Notes: generated from the sequence alone by a model not told the origin. DNA of 64,000 nt from an uncultured Chlamydiae bacterium (GCA_963713615.1 CAVQMM010000001.1:1568001-1632000), one strand, 5' to 3'; shown: positions 19,354 to 30,498, numbered from the stretch's first letter. Translations and numbers: made by a program.

Positions 19354-20374
19354 AGTGCAACTGGTTCTCAATTGTCCAATGAGAGCGTATCGCATGGGCC
19401 ATTTTCCTCGCATCGGACGAGAGGCTGGATATGTAAAACCGTGTTTCTGTTGAAGTTACACCCTTAATTGTTCTTGTACTCCTAACTGCGGCAAGACTCC
19501 TTAAACCTGTCCATTCTGTTTTTTGTGGTAGCCACTCAAGATCTTCACATACCCAAACTTCTCGTTTCTCAACTCGTCCTCGCGACTTTTCTTCGCTCAC
19601 AAAAAAGTCACAACCACTGGCTTCCGGTAGACCTTCAACCACTTGCTCAAAAAAGTTTTGAGCCTCAGCATGTAGATGTCCTTGATTCCCTTTTAGACCT
19701 ATCACGTAGTCTCCTCCTTGCTCCACGATCTGCTTAACAAGTGGCCTATGACATCCTCCGGCATCCACTGTAATTGTAGCACCCCTAATATCGAGCATGG
19801 CAAGAAGCAAGGGAAAAGCAGTGATTTCATTGGATTTTAGCTCTGTTGCAAGCTGCCCTAGAACAAGTTGATTTTCCGCTGAAAATGCACTCACGATATG
19901 AATGGCTCTTACATCATTTGTCGTATCGGAAGAGTTGCATAAGGTTTTGCCGTCCAAAGCGATGATGCCACCTATCGTTTTGGCAATATGCTGAGTCCAG
20001 TTAATAAAACACCGCTCAAACGCCTGTGGGTTGACAAAGCGGAAAAAGCGCGAGAAAGTGTCATGCGAAGGGACACCATCAGAACACATTTGAAGCTCGT
20101 GTAACCATTCAAGATTAGACTCAGACCATAAGCTAACCTCTACCCAATCATCAGCCCCGCAAAGTATAGCGAGGATGGCGATCGATACGATCTCGGAGAC
20201 ACTGTAGGCCTGGTTTCTTGCCTTACGAGGATCTGGTAGGATTGAAAACGCGAGCATGATAGAAGTTTCTCTGACTGCATGTTGTTGTGACATTATACAT
20301 CTCCCTGATGAAAAGGAGAAGTAGTCGCAACAATTTGAAAAATAGTCAAATCATTTCTTCATGCAATTTCCCTG
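19354..20374 (-). mobile_element. ISAs1 copy 2, 3'-truncated by IS66; transposase pseudogene 19354-20293
   Basis: Reverse complement of 2135-3155; ends at ENQLH; only one IR (20355-20374). Confidence 0.92.
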
Positions 20375-21553
20375 AGACAATCCCTGATCAACTTGTACGA
20401 AAATCAAACTATTGACCTAGGGGAAGGAAAAAGAAAGACAAAGGCGAGGATATGGCTAGAGCATCCCAAGCGCCGCCAATATCAAGGAATAGCTTTTGAC
20501 CCAACAAGAGAGGGCCATAGTAATGGCTACTATAACATTTGGCGAGGGTATGCCATTGAAGCGAAAAGGGGATCTTGTGAGCGCTTCAAAGGCCATATGA
20601 AGGACATTATATGCGACGGGAGCGAAGCGCGCTTCAGATATCTTTGGCAATGGTGCGCGCATCTGATTCAGCACCCCGACAAGCCCCTTCCGGGGCTACT
20701 TCTGATGAGTAGCCAGGGTACAGGCAAAAACACGTTCGTAGACGCTCTTGGCAGGATTTTCGGTCCGCATTACTTACCCCTGGATAGCATGCAGCAGCTC
20801 TTAGGTAACTTCAATTTTCATCACAAAAACGCTGTGCTTATTCATGGAAATGAAGCGCTGTGGGGTGGTAATAAGAAGGACCTTGGAAAGCTCAAGACGA
20901 TGATAACAGAGGAATTTTGCTGCATTGAAGCCAAAGGGAAGGACGTCATCCAAATAAGGAATTTCCGGCACCTAATTCTCTCCAGCAATGAGGATTGGCC
21001 AGTCCACCTCGATCGTGACGACAGGCGCTTTGTTGTTTTTAAGGTCAGCGAGACCCGTAAGGAGGACACCGTATACTTTAAGGCGATCAAAGACGAGCTA
21101 CAGACAGGCGGCGATGAGGCGTTTCTTTATGAATTGTTGAATGAGGACCTGTCGGGGTTCAACTTACACAGAATGCCAAATGATAGTGAGGCTTTTAAGG
21201 TCAAGCTGAGGAGTGCTTCATCAGTCGAACAGTACATCTATGAAGCCCTTAACGTGGGGTGCTTTAATGTGTCTAATGCGACTCCGGCAGTTGAGGGGTG
21301 GAGGGATTCTATATCTCGAGATTCGGTCTATGCCGATTATAGGGGATGGTGTGAGGGTCAAGGGAATAGACAAATAGAGAACAAAGAGGCCTTAGGAAGA
21401 GCGTTGGCTAAGCTTGTTACTTCGGTATCTGAATCAAGGCCCACTGCCAATAACGGCGTTCGCTCTCGTCATTATGAGCTTCCATCTCTAGCGAGGGCGA
21501 GGGAGGACTTCCAGAGAGCCTACAAGTCAGGTAGCGACATATGGAGGAGCTAA
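20375..21553 (+). pseudogene. Phage/satellite primase-helicase C-terminal part (DUF5906/SF3), N-terminus removed by ISAs1
   Basis: WLEHPKRRQY.GIAFDP, YNIWRG, Walker A SQGTGKNT, EAKGKD, SSNE, DDRRF. Confidence 0.8.
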
Positions 21554-21570
21554 CCCATGACGATTGTTAG

Positions 21571-21852
21571 GTCCACGTCCTGTCCATGTAATGTCCTGGT
21601 GAAGGATGTTACTTAAACAGTTTATACCCAATGGTCAGTCCACGATGTCCATGCTGTCCAGGAAAAAAATAAAGTGCACACAAAAAGGGGTAAGTACCAA
21701 GGCTTCAATTATGGGTATCCTCTTGACATTTCTTGGCGAACAAACGTTCATGGACTACCTGGACCTCCTGGACGAAAATTAACAATCAGTATGTTAGGAA
21801 GAAAATCACCTGGACACTACCTGGACCGACCAGCAGAACTACCGCCTGGACC
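21571..21852. repeat. Symmetric inverted GTCCA/TGGAC iteron clusters (putative origin)
   Basis: GTCC(A/T) at 21571/21582/21593 and 21638/21647/21656; TGGAC at 21751/21760/21769 and 21811/21822/21847; directly after the primase. Confidence 0.65.
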
Positions 21853-22109
21853 GAGAATGCTCGAGGAGCCATAAACATGGAGAAACCCCGAGAGTGCCAA
21901 TCTGTGTCTTCAAATGAGGACGGGGATGATAAGGTATCAGACAGGTCTCCTAGCTACGAAATCCTCCCAATTTACCTGCCCTAAAAACTAGCGGTGAGGT
22001 CGTGGCAAATCAACGCTAAAAGCAGAAAAATCGGCAACCCTTTTCAAAAAAGAAGCACTGGCAATTGGAAATCTGTATTAACACAGTAAGTGTTTCCTAA
22101 CCTTGATTT

Positions 22110-22631
22110 TCAGGGGGTAGGAGTATTTTTTTCCAACCAATATTTCCTGTTCTTATACACTGTAGACAATTGACTTTCCCATTGGGGCCACTTGCTGACC
22201 ACATAGAAAAGCAGCTCATCTAACTCGCGGATGCTATTTGCTTTTTGCATTTTATTAACGCACCTTGCACATTCCTCATTAGGCGCTATGGGAATGAACT
22301 GCTCCTCTTTTGAAGATGCACTCTCCAGCTTTTCAATTATCCAAGAGCAACCACCACTCACACATATCCACATCAATTTGGCAGCTATCATATAGAGAGT
22401 GAATGCGATAATTTTTGCTATCGTTAGAGATGCTAGTGGTGTTTGGGCTATTTCTACAAAATCATAATAGCCAACCATCAACTTGGAAAAACCATAGCTG
22501 AACATAGATCCAAGATAACCATTTCCTGGACTATCCAGATCGTTTAAGACAAGGATTATCACTACCATCCAGGTAGATGTTTTTACCACTTTTTTTAATC
22601 GTTGATTGCAGTCTTTAAAAAATTCTTGCAT
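22110..22631 (-). CDS. Hypothetical membrane protein
   Basis: 173 aa, 2-3 hydrophobic segments. Confidence 0.65.
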   Translation of the reverse strand: MQEFFKDCNQRLKKVVKTSTWMVVIILVLNDLDSPGNGYLGSMFSYGFSKLMVGYYDFVEIAQTPLASLTIAKIIAFTLYMIAAKLMWICVSGGCSWIIEKLESASSKEEQFIPIAPNEECARCVNKMQKANSIRELDELLFYVVSKWPQWESQLSTVYKNRKYWLEKNTPTP

Positions 22632-22713
22632 CTATCAGCAGCTTCCTGATTTTTTTAAATTAATTGGTAATGACGTTCTACACCGAAGAGAAAATTTAAG
22701 ATAAACAAATTGA

Positions 22714-23187
22714 CTAGGTAGATATTGCTTCTATATTTCGGGACTTTTCTAACGCGAGCACTTGTGCATACCGATCAGCATCACGCTTAGTTCCTTCCAA
22801 AGAATTGACCTTTCGCAACCGAAGGCAATTAATCCAAAAATAGAGCTCTATAGATAACATCAGAATTAAAATAGGGCACATCATCAGCATAGCATCAACG
22901 CTATAGTCTACAAAAAACGTATCTACAATATGCCTAATCATAACCATCGGCATGCCAATTATCCATAAAGTAAGCAAAATTGTTCCCTTCTTACGGTATG
23001 CACAATGATAAGTGATAAATGCGTCAATGCTGGCAAATGCAAAAAAGAATAGTATGGAACCCATGCTAGACCAATTACCATCATAGCTTGCTAGACAAGC
23101 CACTATCAAAAGGCTTGGCCAAAGAAAGGCATATAGCAGGACAAATGCTGAAAACCACCGTTTTCTAACTAAGTCTTCATGCGACAT
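22714..23187 (-). CDS. Hypothetical 4-TM membrane protein
   Basis: 157 aa, four hydrophobic segments, GGAG RBS. Confidence 0.7.
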   Translation of the reverse strand: MSHEDLVRKRWFSAFVLLYAFLWPSLLIVACLASYDGNWSSMGSILFFFAFASIDAFITYHCAYRKKGTILLTLWIIGMPMVMIRHIVDTFFVDYSVDAMLMMCPILILMLSIELYFWINCLRLRKVNSLEGTKRDADRYAQVLALEKSRNIEAIST

Positions 23188-23261
23188 CTAAATATTCTCC
23201 ATATAATGCGACTTTCGCGATACCACAAGCACTCAAAGTGAGATGACAAGTCTTCCGCAGT

Positions 23262-24299
23262 CTAATCTTGCCCATCACTGCCTCTCTTGAAGAGCCCTTT
23301 AAGAAAGTAAAACAAGCCCGCAAAACAGGCAGCGATGACTCCTTTAAATGCTTTTAGAAGGCCTAGCCCCCCTATAACCGCTGCTTTGCCAAACTTAGCT
23401 CCAACCGTAGCGGCGACAAGGCCGGCAATGCCATAAGAAGCTACCTTGTCACTAGAAATGCGATCCGAATAATGAAAACCTGCGTCAAAACTGTGGGCGC
23501 GGAGCATAACATCCAAGTCCCCCCCAAAATGTTTATACGACGCATTATCTGTAACCCAATTTAAAAGCTCGAAGCCCTTTCTTCCTAACCTTAAAGCCAT
23601 TGAGTTGACGACTCTTTCGCCCGTGCCCCCTTCTACCTCAATAGCCCAATAAACGGTGCTGATACTGCGATCTAGTGTGGGCTCCTGTATCCAATCAATT
23701 ACATGTATTTCTTCTCCATTATGACATCGTCGATACTCGTTATCCTCTTCAGCACCTTTGCGGAATCCCTCAAGAAGCTGCTTTGGATCTATTTCAGTCC
23801 AATCATCGAGAGAAACAAAACCACTGTCGACATACGCAAATAACACAAGGGTCTCTTCGTTTGTATTGAAGGCCAGAGCTTCCAAGCTAGTATTAGGCGG
23901 TTGACCACCAAGTTCCCTAAGACGGTGGGCATCGTTGCCTATAACCGCAATAAATCCCTCTGGCAGTGAAAGAGTTGAGTTAGATTTTGGCATTCTATAC
24001 GTACCTGCAAACAACCAGTCAAACTCAGGATCAGGCTCTAGATAGTCTTCTTCTATTATCGACTGTTTCGTAGCAGATAGTGCTGTGTCGAACGGCATCA
24101 TAAAGCCACCCATCACAAAGGTCAGGCTGCCCAGAAAAATAACCCGTAAATAGTTTACTTTGAACACTTTTCTCCCTCCATTTACATAAACTGGAGCATT
24201 GTAGGCAACACTGTCTTTTTTTGTCCATTTTTCGAACCGATTTTTCGATGTAAAATATTGCATATCATATAGATAGACTTGAGATGATACCGTATTCAT
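23262..24299 (-). CDS. DUF2167-family membrane protein
   Basis: GFVSLDDW, IDWIQEP, LRLGRKG, DKVASYGIAGLVA, C-terminal TM. Confidence 0.8.
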   Translation of the reverse strand: MNTVSSQVYLYDMQYFTSKNRFEKWTKKDSVAYNAPVYVNGGRKVFKVNYLRVIFLGSLTFVMGGFMMPFDTALSATKQSIIEEDYLEPDPEFDWLFAGTYRMPKSNSTLSLPEGFIAVIGNDAHRLRELGGQPPNTSLEALAFNTNEETLVLFAYVDSGFVSLDDWTEIDPKQLLEGFRKGAEEDNEYRRCHNGEEIHVIDWIQEPTLDRSISTVYWAIEVEGGTGERVVNSMALRLGRKGFELLNWVTDNASYKHFGGDLDVMLRAHSFDAGFHYSDRISSDKVASYGIAGLVAATVGAKFGKAAVIGGLGLLKAFKGVIAACFAGLFYFLKGLFKRGSDGQD

Positions 24300-24436
24300 G
24301 AGCCATAAGAGAGTACCGATAAATAGTCATACGCGACTGCAATACATCTCAACTCTATCGCCGTACATCCATTGCATGCTGAGAGATTATGTGCTGAAGA
24401 GATAAATGTGATACAATTAAGAATAAAGGATTAGGC

Positions 24437-24770
24437 ATGCAGCGGACTAAAACGGACCAGACCCGACTAACAGACCGACAGGTTAAAGCCCTTCCGCACT
24501 TTATTGGATCGTCAAGTGACATTGATGCATGCAAGCAAGCAAAAGTATCCAAAGACACCTTTTACACCTGGCTAAAAGATCCCGTCTTCCGCGCGGAGTT
24601 GCAAAGACTGAGGGATCAGGTGGTGCATGATGCGGTCGAGGTGCTGAAAGCGAGTACAAGCAATGCGGTCGCAACCCTGGTTAACCTGCTAAATACACCA
24701 AACCCAATGCTTCAAAGGAATGTGGCCAACGACATACTGAACCGGGTCGCCAAATTCCAACAGCTACAGG
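24437..24770 (+). pseudogene. Phage-type HTH protein (phBC6A51 / small-terminase-like), C-terminus cut by IS66
   Basis: LTDRQVKAL...ACKQAKVSKDTFYTWLKDPVFRAEL...AVATLVNLL. Confidence 0.65.
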
Positions 24771-24848
24771 GTGTCCCTCCTGTGAGCGTGCGTGATTTTG
24801 AAACAAGGTTGAGCGAAATTCGTGAGCAAACAACCAAGGAGGTTGCTC

Positions 24849-25217
24849 ATGAAAGCTGCTACACTTTCGCTCGAACAAGTCGCTCAAGAATTTCATCGCG
24901 TTAGATCCCAAAAAAAGGGCCATCCACGCTTCTCCAAGGAGCTCTGGCAAGCTGCGTTCAATCTTACGATGACTTACTCTGTTGCTGAAATTGCATCTGC
25001 CATAGGCGTCTCTGTCCAGTACTTTAAGAAGCGCTTAGCGCGTGGAAAACAAACCATCCAAGATTTTGCTCAAGTACGCCCTCTACCTAGTGAATCCCAT
25101 TCATTTGTTGAAATTACTCTTAAGCACCAAGCAGGGCCTCTTACTCTTCGCTGGACTGGGCCTGTTAAGGATCTGCCTGCCCTTATTAGTAAACTCTTTA
25201 GAGGGGAGTTCTCATGA
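24849..25217 (+). CDS. tnpA: IS66 TnpA-like
   Basis: Homolog of 12349-12714. Confidence 0.8.
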   Translation: MKAATLSLEQVAQEFHRVRSQKKGHPRFSKELWQAAFNLTMTYSVAEIASAIGVSVQYFKKRLARGKQTIQDFAQVRPLPSESHSFVEITLKHQAGPLTLRWTGPVKDLPALISKLFRGEFS

Positions 25218-25570
25218 TTCAAATCACCCCTCAAATGGTTATCTATGTTGCTATTGCTCCTGTTGACTTTCGTAAAGGAATCGATGGCCTTGCATCCTGT
25301 TGTAAACAAATCTTAGGCAAAGATCCCTTTGGTGGTGCGGTTTTTCTCTTTCGAAACCGGTCTGTCAACTCTCTAAAGGTTTTAGTGTACGATGGACAGG
25401 GGTTTTGGCTCTGCATTAAACGTCTTTCAAAGGGAAGGTTTTCTTGGTGGCCTAAACCAGCAAGTGGCGGTGTTGAAGTGATTTTGGAGGCTCGTGAGCT
25501 CCAAACACTTCTGTGGAATGGAGACCCGGGTCTTGCCTGTTTTTCAGATACATGGCGAAAAATTGGATGA
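25214..25570 (+). CDS. tnpB: IS66 TnpB
   Basis: PVDFRKGIDGL motif. Confidence 0.93.
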   Translation: MIQITPQMVIYVAIAPVDFRKGIDGLASCCKQILGKDPFGGAVFLFRNRSVNSLKVLVYDGQGFWLCIKRLSKGRFSWWPKPASGGVEVILEARELQTLLWNGDPGLACFSDTWRKIG

Positions 25571-25612
25571 CAATATTGTTTTTTTATTTTCAAATAGATG
25601 CCCTGGGGATAG

Positions 25613-27225
25613 TTGAAGATGGTAAAGCGACCTAAACGCATAGATTTTACTACAGAAGAGATTGAATCCCTCATTCAGAGGATCGAGAGTCAATCCCTTG
25701 ATGTAGACGATTTTCCCTTGCTTGCCGATCTTGTGAGGGCAATGATATGGATGGAGGGATCTCTTCGAGAGCAGTCTTTGAGTATTGCAAGGCTCAAAGC
25801 TGTATTCGGAATAAAGACGGAAAGCGCACAGAAGTTAAAGAATCTACTGCGACCAAAAAAAAATGGAAGCGAGAAAGGGAAGAACACTTCTGAGGATACT
25901 TCAAACGAGAAGCCTTCTGATGCAGGTCCGGCAAAAGGGCACGGGCATCGACCAGCAAGCGATTATCAAGAAGCGCAGCTCATAAAAGTAGCCCACGAGG
26001 TCCTTAAAAAGGGCTCTACCTGTCCTGCGTGTGATAAAGGCAAATTATTCAATCTGGCTGCCGGAACGGTGCTTCGCATTGTGGGGCAACCCTGGTTAAA
26101 TGTGCATATTTACAAACCTGAAAGACTTCGCTGTCCTATTTGTCAACAGGTGTTCACCGCTAGACTACCCGAAAAGCTCTACACTGGATCAAGAATCGAT
26201 AAGTCAGCTAAGGCTATTGTCTCGATTCTTAAATATCGCGGTGGCATGCCTTTCTATCGTCAAGAGCAAATACAGACCATTTTGGGCAACCCTATTTCAG
26301 ATACGGAAATTTGGGGGATGACCCATGATGTTGCAGAGTGTATGGAGCCCGTTTTCATAGAACTTTGCCAACTCGCCGCCAACTGTGAATGCCTTCACAA
26401 CGACGATACGATGGCAAGAGTGCTTAGCCTTATGAAGGAAAACGAAGTAGCCAATCCAGAAAGGAAGGGAATATCACAACAGGCATTCTTGGAAAAGCAC
26501 ACGACCAAGAGATCGCCTTGTTTTTTACTGGAAGACAGCACGCAGGAGAAAATTTAAAAGATCTTTTAGATATGCGTGACGAGGCTCTTCCAGTACCCAT
26601 ACAAGCTTGCGATGCTCTATCAAGGAACATTCCAAAGAACCATTCCACTCAACTAGCCTATTGTAATGCCCATGCACGACGTAATTTCTATGAGATTGCA
26701 TCGCACTGGCCTAATGAGTGCGTAAATGTAGTCTCATCCTTTGACTTAGTGTTTCTGAACGACAAAATAGCAAAAAAAGAAAGACTGGCTCCTGAAGATA
26801 GACTAAAGTGGCATCAAGACAAAAGTGCTCCGATCATGAACAAAATGAGAGCCTATTGCAAAGATCTTATAGACTCCAAGCAAATAGAGCCCAATAGCAG
26901 TTTTGGGAAGGCTATTCAATATCTTGATAATCACTGGGAGGGGCTGACACTGTTCTTACGTATTCCTGGAGTTCCAGTCTCAAACAATGACAACGAGCGT
27001 CAACTCAAAAGGGCCGTACTTAACCGTAAGAACGCCTATTTTTTCAAAAATGAAACTGGAGCCAAAATTGCTGATATTCTGATGAGTGTCATCGAAACCT
27101 GCGCTCTAAATAAGATCAATCCCTATAACTATCTCATAACAATCCAAAAGAATACTGAAAGTGTTTTAGAGAATCCCAAGGCTTGGTTGCCCTGGAATTA
27201 TTCACACAACCTTGCTCCTCCTTAA
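25613..27225 (+). pseudogene. tnpC: IS66 tnpC with 1-bp deletion frameshift near 26474
   Basis: Two overlapping ORFs (25613-26557, 26518-27225) together match intact TnpC. Confidence 0.9.
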
Positions 27226-27638
27226 TGAGCGATCTCGCCAGCAATTTCTAACTCTTCCTCTTCCACATGATGGATCTTGGCCGTTAAGTCCTTTAAGATC
27301 TCCTCGACGAGTTCTTCCAGAATTTTTGCATACCGCAAAAATTCAGGCCAAAGCACCTCTTCCATCAAATTTTTAGAAATCATCACATGAGCTGTAGTGC
27401 GCTTTTGGCGTGCATATCGATAGGTTTTATAACCATGTTTGGAGCAGAGCGTTGCAAAGAGCCGTCTTTTCCATGGACTATCCAGAGAGATCTTGTACTC
27501 GATGGGCCGACTGGTGTGTATATCGGAAATTCTGGCTAAGATTCGTTGCTTGGCAAGCTCGGCTGCATGGCGTTCTCCCTCAGAGGAAGCACGTTGAAGG
27601 AGTGCCTCGACTTTAGCCAATTTATCCAGATAGGACAT
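27222..27638 (-). CDS. IS66 passenger protein (DUF2786-like)
   Basis: 3 aa differences from copy 1 despite many synonymous changes. Confidence 0.78.
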   Translation of the reverse strand: MSYLDKLAKVEALLQRASSEGERHAAELAKQRILARISDIHTSRPIEYKISLDSPWKRRLFATLCSKHGYKTYRYARQKRTTAHVMISKNLMEEVLWPEFLRYAKILEELVEEILKDLTAKIHHVEEEELEIAGEIAH

Positions 27639-27718
27639 GATACCCTCCTACGTTAATGAGGGGTATCATGCCATGGCGGAATATTTTATTTCACGCACGC
27701 TCACGGGAGGGACACCCC

Positions 27719-27955
27719 ATGCAAAGGTGTAAAGCAAAGTCAAAACGTAGCCAACAACAGTGTAAAAACTATGCTATTAAAGGCACTACCGTGTGTCGGA
27801 TGCATGGGGCAAGGGGAGGTCCTAAGACTGACCAAGGCCGTTATAATTGCAAAAAGGGACCTACCAAACATGGTATGTGCTGTCGTAAACGGTTAGACGA
27901 ACTTAAATTTCTTCGAGCTATTCTAAAGAATAAACATCAATGTGCTATAGAATGA
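27719..27955 (+). CDS. HGGxSTG-like Zn-binding small protein (possibly 5'-truncated)
   Basis: RCKAKSKRSQQQCKN.A....VCRMHGA..GPKT.QG...KHG. Confidence 0.7.
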   Translation: MQRCKAKSKRSQQQCKNYAIKGTTVCRMHGARGGPKTDQGRYNCKKGPTKHGMCCRKRLDELKFLRAILKNKHQCAIE

Positions 27956-28021
27956 CATACGCTAGAACTGCCGCAGTTACCAATAATAGAAGTAGTGTGC
28001 AAAGGTTTAAGTGGGAGGTAC

Positions 28022-29074
28022 CTAGGATAACCAACCATGGTTCTTGAGACGATGGAAGGCTACTTCGACTTGCTCAAGTCTCATTAGATGCGCTTTGCGC
28101 GTATTCCAATCCTGTATTGCTTTAAATACGATCTCAAAACTCAGCGGACAATCTCCAATCTCACGCGTTGCAGCCCAGTGGACAGTTGCTAACAACTCCA
28201 TCCCTAAGGGTGTTTCAAAACCTTCAACAAGCTGTGATACCCTATCGAAACGAGCTCGCGTATCGTTATGTTCCCTTAAAAATTGCTCCGCTTCCTCCAC
28301 CGCCATTGGGTCAAGCATAATTGGAGCTTCCGGCTTATTCAAACCAGCGGCATAACCATTAATAAAATGCCCGTCCAGCCTTTCCAAAACATGGCGTAGC
28401 ACATCAGCGTAAGGGCCATAGGGGGCCTTTTCGAATTTTACCTTATTCAATTCTTCGCCCGCCTCAACCAGAAAATAGACCAACTTTTGAATTTCCAATA
28501 ACGAGATTTCATAGACAAACCCCGGAACAAGATAGCGCTTAATCAGACCGATTATTACGGCCCTTCCCACAGTCATATTGGGGCGTGTTGATAGCTTTGC
28601 AATTCTCAGGGGCTTAGGCAAACCACTTGGTTCATAAACTAACCAACGCACCTCAGGCAATTCCTCAAAAGCCAATCGCATGAGGTGTTGAACCTCCTCC
28701 CAAGACAGTCCACCTAATCCACACCCTAGTGGTGGAACTGCTACAGAACGGATACCAAGACGACGAACATCACATATCAGGGCCTGTAACCCAGTCTCGA
28801 TATCGTCAAGCCTTGACTTGCTACGCCAGTGTCGTTTTGTGGGAAAATTAATTATGTACTTTGGATTACTCAGGGAATTACAATGATGGATGAACATTCG
28901 ACCTGGCCGCACATCACCAGCTCTGCATGCGCGTCTATATGCTTTATAGTTGTCAGGGTAAGCGTTTCGAAATTGCAAAGCAACGCCCTTTCCCATAACA
29001 CCTTCTGTATTGACGGTGTTCACGAAGGCCTCCGCATCGGCGTCAAAAAGATTTCCCTGCACTAACTCGAACAT
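28022..29074 (-). CDS. darG: DarG antitoxin (macrodomain DNA ADP-ribosyl hydrolase)
   Basis: VNTVNTEGVMGKGVALQF, INFPTKRHW, PPLGCGLGGL; C-terminal LEIQKLVYF, YGPY, GMELLATVHW. Confidence 0.93.
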   Translation of the reverse strand: MFELVQGNLFDADAEAFVNTVNTEGVMGKGVALQFRNAYPDNYKAYRRACRAGDVRPGRMFIHHCNSLSNPKYIINFPTKRHWRSKSRLDDIETGLQALICDVRRLGIRSVAVPPLGCGLGGLSWEEVQHLMRLAFEELPEVRWLVYEPSGLPKPLRIAKLSTRPNMTVGRAVIIGLIKRYLVPGFVYEISLLEIQKLVYFLVEAGEELNKVKFEKAPYGPYADVLRHVLERLDGHFINGYAAGLNKPEAPIMLDPMAVEEAEQFLREHNDTRARFDRVSQLVEGFETPLGMELLATVHWAATREIGDCPLSFEIVFKAIQDWNTRKAHLMRLEQVEVAFHRLKNHGWLS

Positions 29075-29083
29075 AACTACCTT

Positions 29084-29752
29084 TCAATAATACCAGTCGC
29101 TTCTAACCTCAACCTGAGGTTGATGCATTGAAACTTGAATAATACTTTGTACTCTATCAGCCATGGCTTGATTTTTTACCACAACCCTCTCTATCGCAGT
29201 CCAGGGACATCTATTATGAACCAGGAATTCCGCCTGTCTTTTTTCTTTGGTCTCTGGGGGCTTATTCCAATATTTCAATGACATGCTGTTCCAATCCACT
29301 TCAGTGCTAAGCCCGTCCAAAGTATCAAATTGCCGTGCATATTTAAGATCTGCATGGAGATCAGTCCAAAGCCAAGCCTGTCCTGTTACCAAAATCGAGT
29401 TTACCGAACTTACGAGATGTAATATAGGCTCCTGCCCACCAGAATAATCATCGTGTCCCTTAAATAATACAAAAAGCATTACTGAACGATTGCAGAAATT
29501 AAATGGCACATAATCGCCTAATACCCCTAATTTCGAGACTGTTACTGCATGCTTTAACCGCCGTTCTTTTATATGGGCATACCCCACATTCGTATGGGGT
29601 GGCTTCCTGCTCAATCGTTCGCTATCGCACCAAAGACCCCCGTCAGCAATTATGCTGGCCAAGTTATCGATATGGGTAATGTGATAAATGGAATGCTGAG
29701 TCAAGGGTAATAGTCCTGTCGTGCCAACACGGTCCCATCGATGCGGCCCCAA
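29084..29752 (-). CDS. darT: DarT toxin (DUF4433 DNA ADP-ribosyltransferase); start uncertain
   Basis: IYHITHIDNL.SI, DYVPFNF, RSVML, KRQAEFLV, WYY; upstream of darG. Confidence 0.9.
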   Translation of the reverse strand: MGPHRWDRVGTTGLLPLTQHSIYHITHIDNLASIIADGGLWCDSERLSRKPPHTNVGYAHIKERRLKHAVTVSKLGVLGDYVPFNFCNRSVMLFVLFKGHDDYSGGQEPILHLVSSVNSILVTGQAWLWTDLHADLKYARQFDTLDGLSTEVDWNSMSLKYWNKPPETKEKRQAEFLVHNRCPWTAIERVVVKNQAMADRVQSIIQVSMHQPQVEVRSDWYY

Positions 29753-30006
29753 ATGTTACGGAGAGGGAATTCTAGCTTGGCCTATGCCACATGTCAAGTT
29801 GTAAAAAATCAAAATTTCAATGAGTCAGCGTTTCCATTACAACCTCAGGTCGCCACACTCAGCAACATGGGGGCCGGAAATAATTATAGCAGAATCAACT
29901 AAGCGCACCTGACCGTGAACAGATAAAGTAAAGTCTGATAGTTGTTGAAAATTCTAGGTAATGCTAATATAAAACACTTGCAATCGCTATCAATGAAGTG
30001 ATTTAC

Positions 30007-30260
30007 ATGATGCATTGCGTCATTATTTTTTTGACCGCCCAGCTAAGCATCGCAAGCATTACATATGGCTGGGAAGGTTATGATAGGGAAGCCGGCGGTT
30101 ATAGCGAAATTGAAAAATGGTGAGACTTGGTTACGATATAAAAATGTGCCACTGGACCGATGGAGAATACATAGAAGAAGAAGTGCTCGATGTATCTTAG
30201 GGCGAAGTTGAGACCTACAAACTCGAGACCGGCGAATATCATGTGTACGACATAGATTAA
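30007..30260 (+). pseudogene. Degraded small secreted protein (DUF5334-like)
   Basis: Signal peptide + WEGYDREAGGYSEIEK ... GEVETYKLETGEYHVYDID across frameshifts and stops. Confidence 0.35.
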
Positions 30261-30498
30261 ATCTGGTGATGAAAAGTCCTGAACAATAACCAAGAAAAGA
30301 GAACATATAGCTCTCAATAGAGGAGAAGGAAAATGAATCAACTACTGGTTTTAACATGTGTAGCCATACTTCAGTTCACAGGGTTAGTGGCTGACACGAG
30401 CTGCAACAGTTTCCAGAGCATTGCAGCTCAAAATGACTTTGCAACCTACGGTGATCTTAATGAATCCAACTCGGACACCCTGCTTGCGTCGATACTAA

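Larger units (their letters stand above)
24771..27715 (+). mobile_element. IS66 copy 3 (diverged, inverted, frameshifted tnpC, no TSD)
   Basis: Same IRs (1 mismatch); many substitutions versus copies 1 and 2. Confidence 0.93.

Noticed and set aside
19139..20293. 384-aa ORF as a novel ISAs1 fusion
   Set aside because: Truncated ISAs1 reading into the IS66 end; a junction artefact.
24437..24904. 155-aa ORF as a full protein (likewise 27656-27955 and 30333-30584 as given in the track)
   Set aside because: Each is a chimera of a real gene fragment and IS terminal sequence.
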